DNA of 60,720 bases, filler included, from Nemertoderma westbladi (taxonomy: Eukaryota > Animalia > Xenacoelomorpha): the NCBI GenBank assembly GCA_032718475.1. It is 2 parts of 2 records of this genome, joined end to end, with 100 filler letters (N's around TTAATTAATTAA, not from the genome) between each part and the next. Parts side by side here need not be neighbours in the genome. Positions count along the whole stretch, not along the records: positions 1 to 30,892 come from JAUCBJ010001277.1; 1 more part is not named here. One strand, written 5' to 3'. This document shows, piece after piece, positions 1 through 11,370 of this stretch. The notes below the pieces were generated by a model. That model was given only the letters and a program-made list of their open reading frames with translations. It was not told where the DNA came from and did not search any database. The position numbers and the translations under genes are program-made. Positions within the stretch are counted from its first letter, which is position 1, and each line of letters opens with the position of its first letter.

Positions 1-1103
1 TGAGAACAGGTCGTGCGACACGGAAATATGGAGGGGGCCGTTACCCCCAATGATATATCCGATGCAACAGAAAAGAACAACAGATAGGACGGACGCACCG
101 CACCCAACAGGAGAATCTGTACAGCATCCCTCGAACCCATTGGAAGCACAAGCAATGGGAATGGCAACGCTAATCGATGCATTAAAGACCAGGATCGAGT
201 TACCACCAGTCGAGCCATTTAAATTCGATGGAAGTAGGCCGGAAGAATACCTGCAGTTTCGGCGCATGTACAGTAACGAGATATTAAGTAAGAACTTGAC
301 GCAGGCGGAGTGCCTAAAAATATCTACAGGTGTATACAGGAGGCCCAGCATACGACATCGTGAGGCAGTACCAGGGCATCGAGGGCGGCTTCATGACAGC
401 ATGGAGGGCGCTAGACAGGGAATACGGACACCCAGCCAAGATCATCCGGCAAATCCTGAGAGGTATAACATCGGGTGGCCTACAGGATAACCCCGTTAGC
501 ATAAAGACCTTTGCGAACAAGGTCGAGAAGGCATTAATCGTGTTAAAGACACTAGACGCGCCATAAGAACTCAACGCATCTAATAACATCACCACGATAG
601 CGCAGGCACTGCCAATCTGGCTGCGGAGCAAGTGGAGGAAGATCACCTTCTCCACTCGGGAGAAGAAAGGTACGGAACCGGGCTTAGAAGAAATGTCGAG
701 CTTCCTAAACTATGAAGCTGAATTAATAACAGACCCAGTCTATAGTGAGGATAGTTTGGGGAAGGCGCCAAAGACCGAATACAACAGGCCTAAACCCGAA
801 CACAATCCTGCAGATCCATTCACAAGAGTAAGACAGTCGCTACCACACGCGGCCACACAGGGGGCTACAAGCCCACAGTTAGCTGGGAGTAGGGCCACAC
901 CGTGGCAGGGACAGAAAGAAAATAACACCATAAATAAACATAATCCCAACATACCCAGTAGGCCGAGTACAGATAACCAAAACACTAAATCGGTAGATAT
1001 AAACCTACGCGTGATACATGAAGGACTATATAGGGAATGCTATAATCCAGGATTCGAATGTCAATTACATCGGGACGGAACCCATAAGACCATGAGTTGT
1101 AAG
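1..1103 (+). pseudogene. BEL/Pao LTR retrotransposon gag, 5' part (DUF1759-like), frameshifted/stopped
   Basis: LPPVEPFKFDGSRPEEYLQF, AWRALDREYGHP, FLNYEAELITDPVYS are typical BEL Gag motifs; split over frames (shift near 320, stop 564-566); ends in knuckle CQLHRDGTHKTMSC. Confidence 0.8.
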
Positions 1104-2702
1104 TAGGGCTCAACAGAAGCTTCGGCTTCGGTTCGGTTCGGGCCGAAGTTTGGCAATTTCGGTTCGGTTCGGCTTCTGCAATTGATACTGCAGAAGCCCG
1201 GAGCAAACTTTGCTAAATATTCCAAGTATTACATTGACTGATTGAGCTAAGACCAGAAGACAGTAAGACTAATCAATCTGTCCATCGTTGTACTAATTAA
1301 TTTTGGAGTGTAAACGTTAAGCAGACACTGGTGCAGAGCAGACAGTGGTGCAGACAGTGATGCAGACAGTGGTGCAGACACCTGGTGCAGACAGTGGTGC
1401 ACGCACTGGTGCAGACAGTGGTGCAGACAGTGGTGCAGACACTGGTGCAGACAGTGGTGCAGACAGTGTGCAGACACTGGTGCAGACAGTGGTGCAGACA
1501 CTGGTGCAGACAGTGGTGCAGACACTGGTGCAGACAGTGGTGCAGACAGTGGTGCAGACAGTGGTGCAGACAGTGGTGCAGACAGTGGTGCAGACACTGG
1601 TGCAGACATGTGCAGATGGCAGACACTGGTGCAGGCAGTGGAGCAGACAGTGGTGCAGGCACCTTTTGCAGACTGGTGCAGTCTGCACTTAATTATTTTC
1701 GTACACACCTCTTATAATTATTTGTAATCAGGGCACATTCACCCGCACGCACCTCGACTTGTACTACATACGTCCTCCCTACTTCATGTAGAACCTTTCA
1801 GTAGTTACTCGCATATTTGTAGATAATAAAGTCTATGATAAAATATAATATAATAGTGCCTGGTGGTATTGTGTTTTGTGGTACTCTGGTATTTCAGTAT
1901 TTTCACCAGGTGTCTGCACCACTGTCTGCACCACTGTCTGCACCAGTGTCTGCACGACTGTCTGCACCACTGTCTGCACCAATGTCTGCACCACTGTCTG
2001 CACCACTGTCTGCACGCTGCACCACTGCTCCCTGCACCACTGGCCGCACCAGGTGTCTGCACCACTATCTGCACCACTGTCTGCTTAACGTTTACACCCT
2101 TAATTTTGGACTGAACTTCCATTTAAATGGCATTATTTTTTTAATTGTTTCCAGGTTACTTGGGTAGTTTCAAAATTAGCTTAATTATACAGTAGTTTAG
2201 GTTAGGCTAAATATTGCCATTTTACTTTGTAGTACCCTATTTTTTAATTAATCATAACTTTGATACATAATACCAAATATACCTACCTACTACCTCATAT
2301 AAATAGTATTACAAAGACTACCTGTACTTTTAGTGAGGTTTTCTAAATTTGATGTCACTACTGAACGGCTTACTACGGGTGAAAATGTGGTGCATACAGT
2401 AAGTGCATGCATACAGTAGTTTAGGTTAGTAATGTACAGTAATGTAAATATTGCCATTTTATTTTGTAGTATTTATTTTTTTAATTAATCATAGCTTTCT
2501 CGCTAAGTCCTCAGACCATATAGGTACCAGTCTGCCACTGCCAGTCAGCCAGTATAGTCTGATGTGACGTAAATACGAATTTATGACCATAACTTGCTAA
2601 CTTTCTGAACTTCGGTTCGGATTCGGTTCGGTTCGGCCCGAAGTTGGCCCTGCTTCGGTTCGGTTCGGTTCGGCCCCATAAAGTGCCTTCTGTTGAACCC
2701 TA
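1104..2702. mobile_element. hAT-like non-autonomous MITE inserted in gag zinc-knuckle region
   Basis: TIR TAGGGCTCAACAGAAG / CTTCTGTTGAACCCTA, subterminal (TTCGG)n repeats, imperfect TSD GTTGTAAG (1096-1103) / GTATGTAAG (2703-2711); removal restores the gag frame. Confidence 0.8.
1306..2099. mobile_element. Foldback/MULE-like MITE with 12-bp tandem repeats in its inverted arms
   Basis: TIR GAGTGTAAACGTTAAGCAGACA / TGTCTGCTTAACGTTTACACCC, 9-bp TSD TTAATTTTG (1297-1305, 2100-2108); arms made of GCAGACAGTGGT units in opposite orientations. Confidence 0.8.
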
Positions 2703-2711
2703 GTATGTAAG

Positions 2712-4049
2712 CACTGGCAAGCGTTGCCCAAACAAGATAGTATAGCCTACACAGACGCAAATGGACTATGTCATCGATGTGTGGTAGAAGGACACAGATC
2801 CGGAGAGTGTAGAGAAACAGCAGTTAGAGAGTCCGAGACTGGAGGCCAAACAATGGCTACAAGCACGACAGTGGCAAGAAAGGAGAGAAAAGTACTACTC
2901 GGGGTAGTACCATACCAGTGAAGATATCAGGAGAGGGCGGTCGATCAGTAACGGCATTAATGCTGGTCGACAGTGTAGCAGCCTTCACGCTGGTGGAGAA
3001 CTGGGTGGCCGAAGAGATAGGGCTAAAGACGAGGCCGAATAGAATGGCGGTAACTACCGTCTCAAGTAAAGATGAGGTCCTGGAGATGAGGATGGGGCGG
3101 TGCAGGATATCAGCGATTGCACCGGGATGCGATTATGGGGCGACGATCGACCCCAACCATAATATTGATAGAATCGATAAATATCAACGCCAGGCGACCA
3201 ACCAACATTGAGGTCGAACAATATAGATTCCTGGACGGTATCGATTTCTCAATACCAGAGGTGGACGTTAGGAAGGTATCCATCATAGTAGGAATGGACT
3301 GCCTGACGGCCCACGAGAGAACACAGACGGTCTTCGGCGAAGACAGGCAGCGGGACCCGACGGCGATCCTCACGCCGTTCGGATGGACGCTTAGCGGCCC
3401 AGTTAAAACCAAGATTCCATCCAGAGTGACAGAGACATCAGGGTGCATGTTACCAGGCACTGTAGACGCAGAGGACACAGAAGAGAAACCAGAAACGGTA
3501 GATAAGCCAGATGGGGAAGTAGAAGTAAGGGAGTGGGCGGAGGAGAATGGATTTCCCAGCAAGTATCGGTATGGAGATGGAGAGGAGCGGACGGGGAGAT
3601 GTCCGGAGGACAAAACGGAGGAGTGTCCGGTGGAGTGTCAGGAGGACAATAGTCCGGAGGAGTGTCCGGAGGAGTGTTCAGAAGAGTGTCTGGAAGAGAT
3701 GCCGGTCTGGTTGAGAGGCATACCAACAAGGGGGAGGTCGAGTAAGAAGACAGGATGGAGAGGGGTAGGATTACTATTGTTCGTCCTGTTCTATCTATTC
3801 TTTCGATTTCCTTTCATTCTGCCGCCGGGAGACCAGATGAAGGGTGGCATTCTGCTGCCAGGAGTTCAAGAAATTAAGAAGGCGGCGGAGAGACCTGACT
3901 TTAGGGTCGCGGAAGAGGGAGAGCCAATTCCTGGTGAGTTGGAGTTGGCGAGGAAAGTGGGTGGAAAGATAAGAGGACGCACAGGGGGACAGCAGGACAG
4001 TGCCTCATGGAAGAATCGATGGAAGATCGAGGGGCAGCATAGAGTTTAG
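2712..4049 (+). pseudogene. BEL/Pao gag CCHC knuckle + degenerate aspartic protease, no RT/RH/IN
   Basis: CHRCVVEGHRSGEC knuckle; LMLVDSVAAFTLV (DSG-like site altered); SIIVGMD and PTAILTPFGWTLSGP BEL protease-flank motifs; frameshifted over 2724-2921, 2918-3211, 3117-4049. Confidence 0.75.
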
Positions 4050-4082
4050 TCGTCCAATATTTTGGACTGAGGGGGGTGGGAA

Positions 4083-5396
4083 TGAGGGCGAGACGCCCTT
4101 CCCACAAAAATTAATTATTTAATTAAAAATAAATAATTAAATAATAAAATAAAAGTAGTAGTTAGAAGAGACAGTTAGTAGAAGTTAGAAGTAGTAGAAG
4201 ATAGTTAGGTTAGAAGTCGGCGGGTAAGGGAGTGTGGCATATTGTCATGCCACGAGGTAGTAGTAGAGTGGTTGTGGGCACCGCAAGCGCCACGTAGATA
4301 GAGGTAGTAGTGGAGGTGGAGATGTAGAGGTAGTAGAGTAGTAAAGAGGGCACATTGGGTGCCAGGTAGTAGAGTAGTAGAGACGGGCACATAGGGTGCC
4401 AGTAAGCAGTGTGGTTGTGGGCATCGCAAGCGCCACGTAGAGGAAGTAGTAAGAGAGTGGTTGTGGGCACCGCAAGCGCCACGAAGATAGAGGTGGTAGC
4501 AGAGTTAGAGGTAGCAGTAGAGATAGAGTTAGAAGAGAGTTAGAGAGTTCTAGTTAGAGTTAGTAGAAAGTTAGAGGTTTTTAGTTAGAGCTAGAAGTAG
4601 TTAGAGTTAGTAGACTTAGAAGAGTTAGTAGGAGTTAGTCAGAGAGCTAGTTGGAGTTAGTAGAAAAGGGAGCTAGATAGTAGGTAGTTAGTAAGCTAGA
4701 GAGTTAGAAGGTAGTAAGTAGTTAGTAAGTAAGAGAGTTAGATAGTTAGCAAGTAAGTAGTACTGGTAGGTAGATAGTATGATAGCACAGGGGTAGCATT
4801 AGAGATTAGGGCCTTAGGGAGTGGTGGAAAGTAGAGAGGAGTATGGAGAGAAGTTAGAGTGCGATTCAGGTGTGGGGAGAGTGTAAGAGTGGGAAGTTAG
4901 AGTGAGAGATTAGAGTTAGAGTGGAGAGCTTTTAAAATTGTGTGAGAGTCCACAATTGGCTCGACACGAGACGTCAGATGGGTAGCGTTATCATGCCCAT
5001 AGGGAGCGGCCTGGAAAGCCGACTCCAAGAAAATAACTCCGCCCCACACCCGATAGTAGATCGAGTTTCCAGCGGAATTGTAGCGCACTATAGGTGGATG
5101 CTATCTTCTCACCGGGAAGATAGCATGGGGGGAGTGTGAGCGTATTCAATTCCGCCACACTAAACCCCATAAAGTTGGCGTTAAGCATTATTGGAACTAC
5201 AAGGTTGATTACCAATCAACCTTGTATCACCCCAATAAGCGGGGCAACAAACCCCAAAGGAGACACACACAATGGGGGTCAGAGGTTATACCTCCAGGGG
5301 AGAGAGAATAACAGTAGCGGGGGAGAAACACTCCCAGGGGGATGAGGGTGAGAAGTGAGTTATCAGCCAATAGGGGGGAAGCATCGACTGAGTAAC
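4083..5396 (+). repeat. Probable 3' LTR of the gag-pro element (3' end uncertain)
   Basis: Polypurine tract GAGGGGGGTGGGAA (4069-4082) followed by TG at 4083; purine-skewed sequence with three copies of GTGGTTGTGGGCA(C/T)CGCAAGCGCCACG; partner LTR not in window. Confidence 0.45.
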
Positions 5397-8300
5397 ACGG
5401 CCAAACCTAGAGTAGTATATTACCGGTCGGTGTTGCTCATTCATTCAGTTTACCCAGTACAGTCACGGCAGTACGGTGACAGTTAAGACCGTCGCCGCCG
5501 TCATCAGTATACTTACACAATTATCTTGCTGTCTGATGCTATCTCTGTATATATATATTATACTATCAACCGTATTACTGTATCAACAATATCGGAAACT
5601 TATACCCTTTTCACTCACACGGCGGGGACGCGTACGTAAACAACACCGGATAAACCGGGATCCTCTCGGATCCCGTTACACTCAATGTTGATCATAGTGT
5701 CCCTTCGCATGATATAAGAACAACCTCCGCTGGTACCGGTAACTATATACACTATATAATTTTGGTATGCCACCACACCATATCTGACTTTCAGTTTTTG
5801 GTAAATAATTTGCAATATACCGTAGTTCTTTAACGTAATATCTTTCGAAAAAACTTATATTCATTATAAAACTCATCATCAGAACTTATTACAGAGCACT
5901 TTAATCCATCCGCTTCTGATTTGTTTTTTGTTTTTCTTTAATGTGGTATACATACCCAACCATCAACAGTTTAGTCTTCAAATTTTCACAGGGTGTACGT
6001 ACCTGTACATTTTAGATCAATTATGTCAGGTATAAAAGCTCATGCATATAGAATTAATCAGATTGCACTTCAATGTAGCAGTTTTTAGCATTTTTGCAAT
6101 TCTTCACAAATTTAAACATTCACAACACCCTTCTGATTTTTGGTTCTCAAATGATACCTGCTTTATTACATCCACAAAGAGTTAATCAGTTAATATGGGA
6201 AACATAAATAACTGAATAACAGGTAAACCAATTATCAGAAAAATGAAAAACACATTACAAAATTGGTATTTTTCAAAATTTTCGGAGGATTTTTAACACC
6301 CATTGCCACCTTCTGATCAATAGTTTACTAATTTAATTACGAAACTATTGACATTCATGTCTCCAATGGTTAGAATCAAGCACAATCAGACAATTAATTC
6401 AAAACTAATATTCAGACACATTTTACAGTTTTAGACTCCATCTCAAAAAATGTGCTTCGCAGATTTTTGCAAAGAGGTTAAATTTCAAACAGCGATATCT
6501 CGAGAATGCATCAACGAAATGAGCTAACAGGCTGACAGGCTAAATTTTCAAAATACTATTTTTTCATGGCCTATTAACAAGTGGTGAAAATTTCATCCAA
6601 AATCTCCGACCCTTGCCACACCCGCCCATTGGTCGAGCTTGAAAAGAATGATTCGCCTACCACTGTACGACGCGCATCCAATACTGTACTGCAACTGTCA
6701 GACTGTGCGTGCACTGAATACAGGAATAACATAATACTGTAATACCGGTAAGCCATACAGCCATAAGCAGATACCAGACTGCCAGATACCGACACCGTCT
6801 GCCATCTGACCGTACAGCAGTACAGACGTCTGGCTGGAGAGATGGACCCTGGACGTAAGTATTCCTGTATTCCAACTAACTAGGATTATGCACAAGCCAG
6901 CAAGCACACCCTGACACCGCACCAGCACTCACCTCTGTTTTTATTGCAGGCATTTCTAGATAAGTAGGCCTACCGCCAGATTTCCTTTCCTATCCACTTG
7001 CAGACTTGGCCAATCAGCCTATCATTTATTGTCAGATTGTTGCTGTTCTGCTGTCTCCTGCCTGTCTGTCTGTCTGTAGTTGTAGTAGGCCTACTGTCTG
7101 ACTGTAGTACCAGAGTAGCCTAAAGTAGTAGCTCTGTAGGCTGTCTGGCTGTAGCTGTACTTCGGTAGGCCTACTGCTGTACTGACTGGTGGACTCCTGC
7201 TGTCCTGGCTGCCTGGCAGCCTGGAACGATCCTAGGTTTTAAGTTTTTGTTTGAAATAGGCTGACTGGCTGATAGGCCTACCGGTCTGCCTGCCGGGCAG
7301 CCGGGTGCCGGGATTGCAGACTGTACTGTAATCAGGTAAAAATATTCAGATACCGGTATTCTGATCTGATCTTGTTTCATTTACTGACTGCCAGATTGCT
7401 GCCTGACAGACAGACAGATAATGGCAGAATGGTAACGGCAGAATGACAGACAGACAGAATGGTACCGGTAAATAAATAGGCCTAAATGAATCAAAAAATC
7501 AAACCAATCCTGCAATCTGCTAGTACAGTACCGGTAGTACAGTACTGCAGTAGTATCAGTACCGGTATCCGACAGTCAGTGCAGCAGTGGCAGAGTGGTG
7601 CGTATGGCGTAGGCCTATCGCGTATGCGTAGTACGTAGGCCTAACGGCAGTCGGCAGACCGGTCTGCAGGTATGGTAAGAAGCCTAAGAACTGCTGCTCG
7701 CTCAGTCTGTCAGTAGTCCTGCAGTCCACTGCAGTCAATCAATCAGACACTGTTGTATATTACTGCTGTATTGTATTATAGTGGGGTCGCTTAAGGCTGA
7801 AATATAGCAAAATCGTTAATTGCCGGACAAAAGCATGAAAATGTGACTATATATGTAAAAAAATGTGTAGATTAATCTGAGCCTGTGTACCAAAAAAATT
7901 GACTACTTCCCTAGCAACAGGGTGACTTTTTCATAGCAACCGTTGTATATTTAATGTAATTATGATTGAAACTTGGGATAAACAACCTGTCTAGCAATAG
8001 AATATGGTTAATAGTGACATTTGCGCTGATACACTTTTCCTTGGCAACAGGGTGACCTTTCCCTAGCAACCGCTGTATATTTATTGAAATTTTGATTGAA
8101 ACTTGGGATAAACAACATGTCTAGCAATAGAAGATGGTTAATAGTGACATTTGCGCTGATACACGTTTCCTTAGCAACAAGGTGACCTTTCCCTAGCAAC
8201 TGCCTGCAATTCTGATTGAATCTTGGGATCATGTTGGGATAACCAACCTGTATAGCAATATATGCATATATATAGCATATATATAATATATAGCAATACT

Positions 8301-9167
8301 TTCTGCTGTTATATTTCACTTTGCAGTTACTCCCTTGTGAAGTATACCAGGTTTTCACCAAAACCACAGGTTACAGAAGGGCTGAATCAAACCAAAACAA
8401 TAAACGAATTAGTATATGTACAGGTTATAAGACAGAAATAAGCGCTATAAAACACTTAAAAAAGATAAATTTAAAAAAATAAAAAATAGTCATATATAAA
8501 ATTCCAATAAAAAGTCGACCGAAAAGTGAAATCCTGGTATTCTTCACGTGCGGCATGGGCGAATATAAGATTATTTGTAGTTATATTAGAGCTGATTGAT
8601 ACACGTTTCCATAAAAATATTTAACTTTATGGGAATAATGTGTGTTTATAAAACTACAGTGTAAAGGTACAGTTAAAAATCCAAAAATATAGCCACGCGC
8701 GGAGCTGACCCCATAATAATAATAATATAATAATACAATATGGATATATTTCTCTAAAAAATCTGTAAGAACTACTGTACTTCCAACTTCAACAATTCTT
8801 TTACTATTTCACTTGCCAGGCCCAGATGTAATACGGTTTTAGAACATCGTCATGCACTGAAAGGAGGCCAGAGGAACAAGATATCCTTGGCAATAACTTA
8901 AATCGTTCTAGAATGTTTCGCATATAATGAAAACAAACACAGATAAATATAATACCAATACTACCGGTAGCTGCTGTTATATTTTATTCGTGTAGGAAAA
9001 TGGTCAATAATCAGAGTGTAATATAATAGTCACAGTCATTTTGCGATTCTAGAATTATAATTATGATACAGAATAGTACATCATGGTACTAGTGAGCTGG
9101 TTATTGCTTATTCCCTCGAAATTCACATTATGTAACTTTTGTTTTGGTTTATTATTTATTGGCACTA

Positions 9168-9746
9168 CTTCGCCCTGTCGACAGTCTCTGTCAATTTTTT
9201 TAACCATTAATTTTTTTGTGTTTTTCAATGTTTTTTTTTTTGGTAATGGTGTGAATGTTCTAGAACCTTAAGTAGATATTTTTTTTAATAGCAGCTAGCG
9301 TTTTTTTTACTAGCTAGCATTTTTTGAAAATAAAAAAAAATTGTTGTTAACATTATTAATTAGCTTGCGTTTTTATGAAGGTAGTGGGTTTTTTACTACA
9401 GTAGCTAGTAATAGTAAGTATTTAAAATCTTTCAAAAAATTTTTTTAATGTTACGCTATTTATAGGTGTGGTTGGTTGGTAAACAAGCCTATATTTTTTA
9501 TGGGTTTTATTTTATTATTCTTTCCAGCGACACTTTGCTGAATTTAGACTCAGAAAATTGTACCGCCACACGATGTTCAAATAATCTCAAACGATGTTTA
9601 ATATACACTATAAACTGTTATAATATCATGAATATTTATATCTACTAAATGTTCTAGAAATTCTTTTTTCACCAATACCAAAAAAGCATTAAAAACCTCT
9701 AAAAAGGACTGGTGAAAAAATGGCAGGGGGTGTCGAGAGGGCGAAG
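9168..9746. mobile_element. Short AT-rich MITE inside the Academ-like element
   Basis: Inverted ends CTTCGCCCTGTCGACA / TGTCGAGAGGGCGAAG, each flanked by TA. Confidence 0.5.
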
Positions 9747-9930
9747 TATGTAGTTCCAATTTATTAATGGGAGTTAATTAACCTGTACAAAATTTATTCA
9801 CAATATACAATATACTAATTTTGTAACTGATGTTTTAGTTAATAATGTAAGGCCGTTCAAAGATGTCATTAAATCCAACTCGTTTCCAACTTTTAAATCG
9901 CCTAGACTCTCTAATGTAAAGAACAAACGC

Positions 9931-11370
9931 ATGTCTGAGGTTCGATCCGACGCATCATTGTTTGGAAAACTCTTTATTGCGAATCAAACCCGAAAAGGAG
10001 ATCCGTCTGTCTTCTTTGCTCATGAGAACCACCCTTATCCACCTTCACTTTCACAGTATGGTGACATCAATTATGGGACTAAATCTGACATATTAAAGGT
10101 TTTTGATACAACATATAGTGTTGATGTCCCTGAGTATTTTCATGCTAAAGTCTTTGATGCACCTTTCATAGTTCATTGCCTTCGACCTATAGGATGTTCC
10201 ACCATACAAGACTATTTAACTAATAAAATAATACCTCAATACATAAAGCACGAATTGAACAATTCTGACAGGGTTGACTTTGTTTTTGACAGATACTGCC
10301 ATGAAAGCTTGAAAATGGGTATCAGAAACTTACGTGGTAGTGGAAACCAAATTAACATTAAGGATAAAACCAAAATTCCAGCAAATTGGATGGATTTCTT
10401 AAGGAACTCTAATAATAAAAACGAGTTGTTCAACTACTTATCCAAATCAATTATTCTAGAAAAATACCCAGAAGGGAAATATATTTACTCAACATTGGAA
10501 GAAGATGTGCTCTGTCAGGATAGTCGAGGCACCATTATGGGAAATTGCTCACACGAAGAAGCTGACACCCGCATTATAGTACACATACAGCATGCATTGT
10601 CAATGGGGGCTACAAATATCATTGTGCGCACAGGTGATACAGACGTTTTAGTAATACTGATCGGAGTTCACTTCTATTTAATATCCAATCATCCCAGTCT
10701 GAACATATGGTTAGCATTCGGTTCTGGAAAACATTTTAAATATTTTAATGTGAATAATATATCCCAAAAGTTAGGTGAGGACAAATCAAAGGGTTTATTG
10801 ATGTTCCATGCCCTTAGTGGCTGTGACACCGTGTCCCACTTCAGAAATATTGGCAAAATAACTGCTTGGAAAACTTGGTTGGCCATGCCAGAAATCACAT
10901 CAACTTTCAAGGCAGTATACGATCAGCCATTTAATCCCTTCCCAAATGGAATCGAAAGTGTAGAATTCAAAGCGTTGGAAAAATTTGTTATACGTATGTA
11001 TGACAAAAAATCAAACAGAACGAGTATAAATAATACAAGACGGGATCTATTCACCAAACGCAACTGCGTGATTGATCGCTTGCCACCAACTCAACACGCC
11101 CTTTACCAACATGTGATGCGGGCTACATATCAAGCCAGCGTTTGGGCAGTCTGCACACAGGACAAACCGATACTCCCTTCACCAGCAGATTTCGGTTGGG
11201 TATTTAATACTCAATGGAATCCCGTCTGGAGCTCACTGCCAGACGCTGCAACGATGTGCCACGAACTCATTAAATGTGCATGCAAAAAGCGCAATTGCAC
11301 AAACTGCAAGTGTGGGAAGGCTGGGTTTAAATGCACAGAATTATGCACATGCACTTGCTCTTGTTATTGA
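9931..11370 (+). CDS. Academ-type XPG/PIN-like nuclease with C-terminal Cys-rich (CXC/Cys8) zinc finger
   Basis: 479-aa ORF: VFDA, FVFDRY, HEEADTRI, GDTDV, HALSGCDTVS..GK, LPPT..AL..H..RA.YQ..VW, CACKK.NCTNCKC.K....CT.LC.C; frame is open upstream of the ATG. Confidence 0.8.
   Translation: MSEVRSDASLFGKLFIANQTRKGDPSVFFAHENHPYPPSLSQYGDINYGTKSDILKVFDTTYSVDVPEYFHAKVFDAPFIVHCLRPIGCSTIQDYLTNKIIPQYIKHELNNSDRVDFVFDRYCHESLKMGIRNLRGSGNQINIKDKTKIPANWMDFLRNSNNKNELFNYLSKSIILEKYPEGKYIYSTLEEDVLCQDSRGTIMGNCSHEEADTRIIVHIQHALSMGATNIIVRTGDTDVLVILIGVHFYLISNHPSLNIWLAFGSGKHFKYFNVNNISQKLGEDKSKGLLMFHALSGCDTVSHFRNIGKITAWKTWLAMPEITSTFKAVYDQPFNPFPNGIESVEFKALEKFVIRMYDKKSNRTSINNTRRDLFTKRNCVIDRLPPTQHALYQHVMRATYQASVWAVCTQDKPILPSPADFGWVFNTQWNPVWSSLPDAATMCHELIKCACKKRNCTNCKCGKAGFKCTELCTCTCSCY

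Noticed and set aside
1247-2167. His/Cys-rich or SAPL-repeat ORFs
   Set aside because: Translations of the 12-bp repeats of the foldback MITE, open in nearly all frames
5456-5510. Hammerhead ribozyme on minus strand (CTGATGA followed by a hairpin)
   Set aside because: The required GAAA after stem II is absent
5830-6655. Possible DNA-transposon relic
   Set aside because: Composition looks TE-like but I could not find paired TIRs or a TSD
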